From the sequence record MT446422.1: a stretch of DNA of 64,000 nucleotides; one strand, given 5' to 3'. Below the pieces are notes generated by a model. The model ran no database searches. It had not been told where the DNA came from and worked only from the letters and a program-made list of their open reading frames with translations. Positions 18,271-24,647 of this stretch are shown here, one piece after another. This DNA comes from Escherichia virus TH57. A program made the translations under genes and the position numbers. The number at the start of each line of letters is the position of its first letter. Within the stretch, counting starts at the first letter, position 1.

Positions 18271-18410
18271 AGATAATTACAATTATTATACTGATTGCAT
18301 TTTTTAGTATGTCAATCTATTGGGCAATAATGACTCCGCATATGATTCCAACTTTAATTTTGGGTTGGGTATTTTTGGGGCTCCAAGCTCGCTATGAATG
18401 TTTTAATTGA
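18267..18410 (+). CDS. small membrane peptide (47 aa)
   Basis: Below the track cutoff. ATGA overlap with the imm stop. MKIITIIILIAFFSMSIYWAIMTPHMIPTLILGWVFLGLQARYECFN. Confidence 0.5.
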   Translation: MKIITIIILIAFFSMSIYWAIMTPHMIPTLILGWVFLGLQARYECFN

Positions 18411-18420
18411 GGAAAATACA

Positions 18421-18924
18421 ATGAAAAAGTTAGCTATCGCAGCTGTTATGCTGCTATCTGGTTGTGCTTACCAGGGCGATGTAGTTAATGTCAGTGAAAT
18501 TGGTAAAGCGCGAATTGCTGCAGACCGTCAGGTGCATAATGGTTCCTTTGATTTCAAAGGTGGTACTGGACTTATCTACAAACGCGACAACAATCAATGT
18601 GGAAACAACTGCGCAAAATATGCTCAACAAGAAATTGAGTACAAACGCGAGCAAGCTGCAAAGCATGACGAAATCATTGCCAAGCTGGAAGCAGAAACTA
18701 AGCGACAAAATGACTTGGATACTGTTAACCAGATTTCACAGGTCTGCATGTCATACATCAATATGCAGATAAACATCATGCGCGCGGAAGCTTATCAGGC
18801 AGCGGAGACGGGTTCTCCAAAAGCCAATGAGTATCGCGATATGTATCAGCGGTCTGCTCAAAATCGTCTGAGCTATATTAATAAATGTGTGGCTAAAGAG
18901 AAAGCCCGCCAAGGTATTAACTAA
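18421..18924 (+). CDS. predicted lipoprotein (167 aa)
   Basis: MKKLAIAAVMLLSGC has a signal peptide plus lipobox LSGC. GAGGAAAATACA-ATG. The track start 18394 is an extension. Occupies the slot of T4 42/beta-gt. Confidence 0.65.
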   Translation: MKKLAIAAVMLLSGCAYQGDVVNVSEIGKARIAADRQVHNGSFDFKGGTGLIYKRDNNQCGNNCAKYAQQEIEYKREQAAKHDEIIAKLEAETKRQNDLDTVNQISQVCMSYINMQINIMRAEAYQAAETGSPKANEYRDMYQRSAQNRLSYINKCVAKEKARQGIN

Positions 18925-18931
18925 CATTAAT

Positions 18932-18956
18932 TGCTCTAAAAATACAGTGATATAAT
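18932..18956 (+). promoter_or_regulatory. MotA-dependent middle promoter (uvsX)
   Basis: TGCTCTA 18932-18938, 12-nt spacer, TATAAT 18951-18956. T4 PuvsX is a classical middle promoter. Confidence 0.6.
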
Positions 18957-19009
18957 TATCCTATCTTAAACCTGTGAGAAAAATATAATGGTGCCTATGG
19001 AAAAAATGA

Positions 19010-20188
19010 ATGTCTATTGCAGATTTGAAATCCCGTTTGATTAAAGCTTCTACATCCAAAATGACTGCGACTCTTACTAAGTCCAAGTTTTTTAATGATA
19101 AAGATGTAGTTCGTACAAAAATCCCGATGCTGAACATTGCAATCAGCGGTGCACTAGATGGTGGTATGCAGTCAGGTTTGACTATTTTTGCTGGTCCGTC
19201 AAAACACTTTAAATCCAATATGGGTTTAACGATGGTCTCTGCATATATGAACAAATACCCCGAAGCAATCTGTTTGTTCTATGATTCAGAATTTGGTATC
19301 ACAGAAGCCTATCTGCGTGCAATGAAAGTAGACCCGGAGCGTGTTATCCACACACCAATCCAGTCGGTTGAACAATTGAAAGTTGATATGGTTAACCAGC
19401 TTGAAGCAATTGAGCGTGGTGAAAAAGTCATTATCTTTATTGACTCAATCGGTAACATGGCGTCAAAAAAAGAAACAGAAGATGCGATGAACGAAAAAGT
19501 CGTTGGCGATATGACTCGTGCTAAATCCCTGAAATCTCTGTTCCGTATTGTTACCCCATATTTTAGTATCAAGGATATTCCTTGTGTCGCGGTTAACCAT
19601 ACAATCGAGACGATTGAGATGTATAGCAAAACCGTTATGACCGGTGGTACAGGTGTTATGTATTCTGCGGACACCGTATTCATTATCGGCAAACGCCAGA
19701 TTAAAGAAACTGGTAAAGAACTTGAAGGTTTCCAATTTGTTCTGAATGCCGAAAAATCTCGTATGGTCAAAGAGAAAAGTAAATTCTTCATTGATGTAAA
19801 ATTCGATGGTGGTATTGACCCGTATTCTGGCCTGCTTGATATGGCAATGGAAATCGGATTTGTAGTGAAACCGAAAGTTGGTTGGTATAACCGTGAATAT
19901 CTTGATGTTGAGACCGGTGAAATGGTCCGCGAAGAAAAATCATGGCGTGCAAAAGATACTAACTGTACTGAATTCTGGGGCCCGTTGTTTAAGCACGAAC
20001 CTTTCCGTGACGCAATCAAACGCCATTACCAACTGGGTGCAATCGATAGCAATGCTGTTGTTGATGCCGAAGTTGATGCGCTTATTGCCTCCAAGGTTGA
20101 AAAATACTCTGCCCCTGAAGGTAAGGCAAAACCATCTGCGGCAGATATCGAAAACGATTTAGATATGATGGAAGACCTTGATGAATGA
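19010..20188 (+). CDS. uvsX: Recombinase UvsX (RecA-like)
   Basis: 392 aa. DLKSRLIKASTSK, Walker A GPSKHFKS, KSWRAKDTNCTEFWGPLFKH and an acidic C-terminus match recalled T4 UvsX. Confidence 0.97.
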   Translation: MSIADLKSRLIKASTSKMTATLTKSKFFNDKDVVRTKIPMLNIAISGALDGGMQSGLTIFAGPSKHFKSNMGLTMVSAYMNKYPEAICLFYDSEFGITEAYLRAMKVDPERVIHTPIQSVEQLKVDMVNQLEAIERGEKVIIFIDSIGNMASKKETEDAMNEKVVGDMTRAKSLKSLFRIVTPYFSIKDIPCVAVNHTIETIEMYSKTVMTGGTGVMYSADTVFIIGKRQIKETGKELEGFQFVLNAEKSRMVKEKSKFFIDVKFDGGIDPYSGLLDMAMEIGFVVKPKVGWYNREYLDVETGEMVREEKSWRAKDTNCTEFWGPLFKHEPFRDAIKRHYQLGAIDSNAVVDAEVDALIASKVEKYSAPEGKAKPSAADIENDLDMMEDLDE

Positions 20189-20522
20189 TATCGATTTATC
20201 TGATTTAGATAATTTCGAGAAAGATGCGGAGGGAGCTAAGGCTCCTTCTGTGCCTTACTACGAAAAAAGTTTGGAGATTATCCGGCAATCCATGGGAACC
20301 GTACGACAGGAAATTCTGTTATCACTCCCTGATGGGTCCAATCACATTGTGTACGTAACCGGAATTAAAATTGAACCATCTGGAAAAGTTTCCGTTGATT
20401 TCGGCACCCCTTCTGAAGACCGCAAAGCGGAGCTTGCAGTGCATGTAGAAAAGTGTGTTACAATGCAAATACAAGATGAAATTGATAAGATTAAAATGAA
20501 AAAGAGGTGGTGGAAGTGGTAG
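20181..20522 (+). CDS. 40: gp40-position protein (head vertex assembly chaperone in T4)
   Basis: 113 aa ORF between uvsX and 41, as T4 gene 40. Assignment is by position and size only. ATG 20181 (the track gives TTG 20178). Confidence 0.5.
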   Translation: MNDIDLSDLDNFEKDAEGAKAPSVPYYEKSLEIIRQSMGTVRQEILLSLPDGSNHIVYVTGIKIEPSGKVSVDFGTPSEDRKAELAVHVEKCVTMQIQDEIDKIKMKKRWWKW

Positions 20523-21946
20523 AAACTATTTTATCCCAGCTACTCTTTAACAAGGAATATTTTGTTAAAGTCTGGCCATATCTTAATAACACATATTTTG
20601 AAAAGGGTCCAGCAAAGACCCTTTTTAATACGATTAACGAACACGTAAAAGAATATCAAGCGGTACCAACTAAGACTGCACTTGATATCGCGCTCGACAG
20701 TTCTGACCTTTCTGAAGTCGAATATGAAGGCACAAAGAAACTCTTAGGAGTCCTGGCCGATACTCCAGAAGACCAGGAATGGTTGGTCAAAGAAACCGAG
20801 AAGTATGTACAGAAGTCTGCGATGTTCAATGCCACATCCAGGATTATCGAAATCCAGAGTAATGCCGAACTTCCAAAAGATAAACGTGATAAACGAATCC
20901 CAGATATTGGGGCTATCCCTGACATCATGCGCGATGCATTGTCCATCTGTTTTGACTCTGCTCTGGGGCATGACTGGTTAAACGATTACGAAGCTCGATT
21001 CCAGACTTATCTGAACAAATCGAAGAAGGTTCCGTTCCGTATTAACATCCTGAATAAAATCACGAAGGGTGGAGTTGAGTACGGCACAGAGAACGTTTTA
21101 CTGGCCGGGACAAACGTCGGCAAATCCCTTGGACTTTGTTCGTTAGCGGCTGACTATCTTCAGACTGGTCATAACGTGCTTTATATAAGCATGGAAATGG
21201 CTGAAGAAGTATGTGCCAAACGTATTGATGCCAACTTGTTGGATGTATCTCTGGATGATATTGATGAAGGTCATGTGTCATGGGCAGAATACAAAAGTAA
21301 GATGGAAAAATGGCGTGCTTCCGGGACTCTCGGGACTCTGAAGATAAAACAATATCCAACTGGGGGCGCGCATGCGGATACCTTCCGTGCATTACTGAAC
21401 GAGTACAAACTGAAGCAAGGATTTGTACCGGATGTGATTATTGTTGACTACCTGGCAATCTGCGCAAGCTCAAGACTGAAAACGTTTACCGAAAACAGTT
21501 ACGGCCTGATTAAGATGGTTGCAGAAGAACTTCGTGGTCTGGCGGTCGAGAAAAATGTGGTCCTGTGGACTGCAGCACAGACAACCAGGGGCGCAAACGT
21601 TGCAGCTGAGATTGACATGGCTGACATCGCAGAATCCTTTGGTATTGCTCACACGGCTGACTTTATGTTGGGTGTTGTTGAGACCGAAGAATTCGCTCAA
21701 ATGGGACTGCAGTTAATCAAACAGCTTAAGTCTCGTTATGGCGATAAGAACTACTATAATAAATTCAAGATGGGTGTTAAGAAAGGTAATCAACGCTGGT
21801 ATGAGGTTGATGATGATTCAGCTCCTAAACAAGGCCCTACGGTGAAAGAAGCCACTGGTGAGATGAATCGTCAGGCTGAAATGAATAGACAAACCAGGGT
21901 CAACAGGAGCGACCTGGATGACCTTGCCGCTCAAATGAAATTTTAA
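20507..21946 (+). CDS. 41: Replicative DNA helicase gp41 (DnaB-like)
   Basis: About 476-479 aa. ILSQLLFNKEYFVKVWPY, Walker A GTNVGKS, YISMEMAEEVCAKRIDAN, SRYGDKN. GTG start (20507, or 20516 which aligns with T4 MVEIILSH). Confidence 0.95.
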   Translation: MVEVVETILSQLLFNKEYFVKVWPYLNNTYFEKGPAKTLFNTINEHVKEYQAVPTKTALDIALDSSDLSEVEYEGTKKLLGVLADTPEDQEWLVKETEKYVQKSAMFNATSRIIEIQSNAELPKDKRDKRIPDIGAIPDIMRDALSICFDSALGHDWLNDYEARFQTYLNKSKKVPFRINILNKITKGGVEYGTENVLLAGTNVGKSLGLCSLAADYLQTGHNVLYISMEMAEEVCAKRIDANLLDVSLDDIDEGHVSWAEYKSKMEKWRASGTLGTLKIKQYPTGGAHADTFRALLNEYKLKQGFVPDVIIVDYLAICASSRLKTFTENSYGLIKMVAEELRGLAVEKNVVLWTAAQTTRGANVAAEIDMADIAESFGIAHTADFMLGVVETEEFAQMGLQLIKQLKSRYGDKNYYNKFKMGVKKGNQRWYEVDDDSAPKQGPTVKEATGEMNRQAEMNRQTRVNRSDLDDLAAQMKF

Positions 21947-21958
21947 AATATTTTAAAA

Positions 21959-21978
21959 GGGGCTTACAGCCCCTTTTT
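21959..21978 (+). terminator. rho-independent terminator after gene 41
   Basis: GGGGC-TTACA-GCCCC plus T5. Confidence 0.75.
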
Positions 21979-21991
21979 CTTATGTTATAAT
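21962..21991 (+). promoter_or_regulatory. early promoter overlapping the terminator (PeSL-like)
   Basis: -35 GCTTACA is the terminator loop, 17-nt spacer, TATAAT 21986-21991. Leader CCTATCAACTACTGGAGAATAAA-ATG. Confidence 0.65.
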
Positions 21992-22017
21992 GACCCTATC
22001 AACTACTGGAGAATAAA

Positions 22018-22335
22018 ATGAAAACTATTGATTGCAAAGCGGAATACAAAGTTTATTATCATGGCTCAAGCTCTAATGCTGGAATCCAAAATATGCTTTG
22101 CCCTCCTGATGCAACTGGTGTTCTGTCAGAAGTTGGGCGCAAGAAAAATTTAGGGCGTGTGTTTTTTACTGAAGATATTGGTTTGGCCCGTATCTATGCA
22201 GGAAGAGCAGCTCGCTCGTATGGAGGAGAACCCCGTCTTTATCGTGTGATTGCACCTGTTGACGTGGTTTGTTTAAATGATACTAAAGGTGCTACAGTTT
22301 ATCACGCTGACTGGGCCTTCTGTGAGGAAATCTAA
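22018..22335 (+). CDS. truncated ADP-ribosyltransferase-fold protein (Mod/Arr-like mini-ART)
   Basis: 105 aa. YYHGS...(29 aa)...GRVFFTEDIGLARIYAG parallels LYRGV...(22 aa)...GRITSFTEDYGIARDFAA of the Mod-type ART at 29063 in this window, with Arg->His and Ser->Phe at motif positions. Ends before the ExE region. Has its own early promoter. Confidence 0.45.
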   Translation: MKTIDCKAEYKVYYHGSSSNAGIQNMLCPPDATGVLSEVGRKKNLGRVFFTEDIGLARIYAGRAARSYGGEPRLYRVIAPVDVVCLNDTKGATVYHADWAFCEEI

Positions 22336-22548
22336 ATGTATAAATTAGAGAACGTAGTGTTTATTGGTTGGTTTGAAAATGGTAATATGTTTACCAAAGA
22401 AACTGCACTAGATGTTAGCGACCAAAATATGATTGAATGGGTCACAGTGCAGTATGCAGAAGTGAATAATGCGCTGGTGAAAGCCTTTGTTAATGACAAT
22501 AAAGTTTTTGAATATGATTATCGTATCCACTTATCTGAGGAAATCTAA
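22336..22548 (+). CDS. dmd: Dmd (discriminator of mRNA degradation; antitoxin against RnlA/LsoA)
   Basis: 70 aa. VVFIGWFENGNMFTKE...YAEVNNALVKAFVNDNKV matches recalled T4 Dmd (VVFMGWFKNESMFTKE...YAEVNKALVKAFIDDKKV). Adjacent to 41, as T4 61.5. Confidence 0.8.
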   Translation: MYKLENVVFIGWFENGNMFTKETALDVSDQNMIEWVTVQYAEVNNALVKAFVNDNKVFEYDYRIHLSEEI

Positions 22549-22890
22549 ATGGCTTTTAATCCAGAAGACCGCGTAAAAGTAACAATCAAAGTGAGTGCTG
22601 TTGGTGTACCATCTTTTGAACGTTCTAGCATGTTCCACCCAGCAGGTATTCACTGGTATGTCCAGAAGACTGCTGATAACTATAATGCACTGGTTGAAGC
22701 TTTTGTTGATGACAAGCTAATTCATAAAGTAGACATGCGTAAGGGTACTGCATTGCGTAATCTGATTTTGACCGTTGAAGCTCAACTGGTAAATGAAGAA
22801 ATCTGCCTTACTGATATTGAAGCAGCTCTTCATATTGCGCGTGCTGAATATTACAACTTGACTGGTTTTTCAGTTGAAGGCGAAAAATAA
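22549..22890 (+). CDS. Dmd-like paralog (113 aa), position of T4 61.4
   Basis: ADNYNALVEAFVDDKLIHKVDMR parallels AEVNNALVKAFVNDNKVFEYDYR of the preceding gene. The identical 16-nt junction TGAGGAAATCTAAATG precedes both genes. Confidence 0.55.
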   Translation: MAFNPEDRVKVTIKVSAVGVPSFERSSMFHPAGIHWYVQKTADNYNALVEAFVDDKLIHKVDMRKGTALRNLILTVEAQLVNEEICLTDIEAALHIARAEYYNLTGFSVEGEK

Positions 22891-22920
22891 GTGTACAACA
22901 AAGGGATAATGCTGTATATT
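22891..22920 (+). promoter_or_regulatory. early promoter (sp unit)
   Basis: GTGTACA 22891-22897, 17-nt spacer, TATATT 22915-22920. Hairpin GGGATAAT/ATTATCCC 22903-22925 spans the -10. Confidence 0.6.
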
Positions 22921-22948
22921 ATCCCTATCAACTACTGAGGAGATTGAA

Positions 22949-23242
22949 ATGAAAAAGTTATTAATTGCAGCAATTCTTACCGTAGCATCATGTGGTACAG
23001 CTCCAGTTACTGCTGGGCTTGATAAAGACCTTTGTGAGTGGTCTATGACCGCTGACCAGACTGATGTTGAACATCAGATTTATGCTGATATCATGAACAT
23101 AACTAAACGTGACCGTCCTGATATGGTTAAAGAAGTGTCTGACCAACTGGCTTCTGGTGACGTTATGCAGTATAACTATGTTCTGTATTGCGATGCTTCA
23201 TTCGACAACAGCAAAATTGTTCAATGGGTTACAGGTGAATAA
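22949..23242 (+). CDS. sp: Spackle (periplasmic inhibitor of gp5 lysozyme; superinfection exclusion)
   Basis: 97 aa, as in T4 Sp. Signal peptide. DKDLCEWSMTADQTDVE...VMQYNYVLYCD matches recalled T4 61.3. Confidence 0.8.
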   Translation: MKKLLIAAILTVASCGTAPVTAGLDKDLCEWSMTADQTDVEHQIYADIMNITKRDRPDMVKEVSDQLASGDVMQYNYVLYCDASFDNSKIVQWVTGE

Positions 23243-23243
23243 A

Positions 23244-23681
23244 ATGATTAACAGAAATTTGGTTATCAAAAAACTTCGCTGTAAAAATCCAAATGCGCAA
23301 GCATACAGAGTGTTTTGGAGCGACGAGATTCAATATCTGGGTTATTTTCTTGTTGACAGTGATAATAGAATTACGTTTGCTCATAAGCTTCTTAACAAAG
23401 AATTAAACCATTGGCAAGAACTTATTGCAGTCAAGTCTAAATTATTTTCATGCAATGCAATGCACCAATTGGTTTATTTTTTCGCTGATGGTATTCCTGA
23501 CAAGGTTGAGTTTGAAGGGTTTGAATTTAAAGACATCAATCCAGACAATGAATTGAATAATGATGTTGTTAATATGGGTATCCCTGGTAAGTACATCAAA
23601 AACAGTCTTTTGAAAATTCTGGAAAATCCTGTTTATTCAGTTGACGACCAAATTTTTAATGCCTTTATGAAGCGAGATTAA
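23244..23681 (+). CDS. hypothetical protein (145 aa) with DDQIFNAFMKR tail
   Basis: ATG 23244 just after the sp stop (the track ORF extends back over sp). The C-terminal 12 aa are shared with the next ORF. Position of T4 61.2/61.1. Confidence 0.6.
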   Translation: MINRNLVIKKLRCKNPNAQAYRVFWSDEIQYLGYFLVDSDNRITFAHKLLNKELNHWQELIAVKSKLFSCNAMHQLVYFFADGIPDKVEFEGFEFKDINPDNELNNDVVNMGIPGKYIKNSLLKILENPVYSVDDQIFNAFMKRD

Positions 23682-23682
23682 T

Positions 23683-24039
23683 ATGAGTTATTATAATTTT
23701 CTGAATTTTGAACTGGCCAGCAATAATGATGGTAATGCTCGTTATGAATTTCGTGAGCCTCGGTTTAATCAGGCGATTGGTTATATTATCGTTAAAGATG
23801 ATGTTATCATAAAGGCTCGCTCATTTATGGTAATGGATGGACCTTATGAAGATACTCGTGGATACCCATTTGATAAAAAGAATGTGCGCGATTGCGCAAT
23901 CTGGATAACTGGGAACCCTGAAATTGGGGTCATGATATCTACTGAAGCGAATGACATTCTGGAAGGGGTAGCCAAAGCTCAAGAACCGCCTACTGATATT
24001 GATGACCAGATTTTTAATGCCTTCATGAAGCGAGGTTAA
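23683..24039 (+). CDS. hypothetical protein (118 aa) with DDQIFNAFMKR tail
   Basis: ORF track. C-terminus IDDQIFNAFMKRG versus VDDQIFNAFMKRD in the upstream ORF. The 43-nt junctions are about 88 percent identical. Confidence 0.6.
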   Translation: MSYYNFLNFELASNNDGNARYEFREPRFNQAIGYIIVKDDVIIKARSFMVMDGPYEDTRGYPFDKKNVRDCAIWITGNPEIGVMISTEANDILEGVAKAQEPPTDIDDQIFNAFMKRG

Positions 24040-24040
24040 T

Positions 24041-24262
24041 ATGTTTGTTTTGACCCAATTCTCTAAAGCAATATATAGTTACTCTTGCCAGTGGGAAGTC
24101 TTTATTGATACTCCTTCGCCTAAGTATGGTGTTTTTGGACGAGTAACTACTCAAGCTTATGTTGCACGACCGACTAAACGTCAGATTCGTAAACTTAAAA
24201 AGGCACATCGTCAATTGATTAAAAGAAGGGAACAATATGAGTGCAATGTGTACGGGCTCTAA
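24041..24262 (+). CDS. hypothetical basic protein (73 aa), RPTK-tail family
   Basis: ORF track. YVARPTKRQIRKLKKAHRQ resembles YTRPTKKMIRQFKRLHR of ORF 433..609. Confidence 0.55.
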   Translation: MFVLTQFSKAIYSYSCQWEVFIDTPSPKYGVFGRVTTQAYVARPTKRQIRKLKKAHRQLIKRREQYECNVYGL

Positions 24263-24428
24263 GATTTCGGTCTTCCAGATTTTTGAAGAATATGAAATCG
24301 TGTCGCAAGACCAAGAAGCAATCCATGTTATCGCTGATGATGGTGTTACCTGGATTATTCCGTTGTATCATGAAGACACTTATGAAGTGACTGATGCAAA
24401 TGGTGATAAAGCTATCTTCGTTGTATAA
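24237..24428 (+). CDS. hypothetical acidic protein (63 aa)
   Basis: ORF track. AAGGGAACAAT-ATG. Confidence 0.5.
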   Translation: MSAMCTGSKISVFQIFEEYEIVSQDQEAIHVIADDGVTWIIPLYHEDTYEVTDANGDKAIFVV

Positions 24429-24431
24429 ATA
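24424..24431 (+). promoter_or_regulatory. late promoter
   Basis: Perfect TATAAATA, 16 nt before ATG 24448. Confidence 0.7.
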
Positions 24432-24447
24432 GCGGAAAGGGGGTGTT

Positions 24448-24615
24448 ATGAAAACATTCAAAGATTTTATAAACGAAGATATGGTTGCCGGTGATGCAGG
24501 TGGAAACCCAACTAATATCGCAACAGGTACCACTTCCGGGGCAGTTGTCAATAAAGGCCCTGAACAAATCCCATCAAAAAAGCGTAAGAACAAAGACGAT
24601 AAACCTACAGTATAA
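24448..24615 (+). CDS. small late protein (55 aa) with internal-protein-type capsid targeting sequence
   Basis: Below the track cutoff. Perfect late promoter TATAAATA 24424-24431, SD AAAGGGGG. MKTFKDFINE-DMVAGDAGGNPTNIATGTTSGAVVNKGPEQIPSKKRKNKDDKPTV. The first 10 aa parallel the T4 IPIII CTS MKTYQEFIAE. Confidence 0.6.
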   Translation: MKTFKDFINEDMVAGDAGGNPTNIATGTTSGAVVNKGPEQIPSKKRKNKDDKPTV

Positions 24616-24632
24616 TGGTCCCCCGGGACCAT
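24615..24632 (+). other. GC-rich hairpin just upstream of the gene 61 SD
   Basis: ATGGTCCC-CC-GGGACCAT (contains CCCGGG). No U-run. SD GAGGAAA follows at about 24639. Confidence 0.45.
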
Positions 24633-24647
24633 TGAAATGAGGAAACT

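Noticed and set aside
19309-20019. 236-aa ORF on the - strand
   Set aside because: It lies entirely antisense to uvsX, whose + strand reading is supported by Walker A and end-to-end similarity to recalled T4 UvsX. It has no SD and a Ser/Ile/Thr-biased composition typical of antisense frames.
23109-23243. Long N-terminal extension of ORF 23244 given in the ORF track (start 23109)
   Set aside because: The extension overlaps the sp coding region in another frame. ATG 23244 sits right after the sp stop.
24219-24632. 137-aa - strand ORF spanning several small + strand genes
   Set aside because: It overlaps three + strand ORFs that have SDs and a late promoter, and it has no SD of its own.
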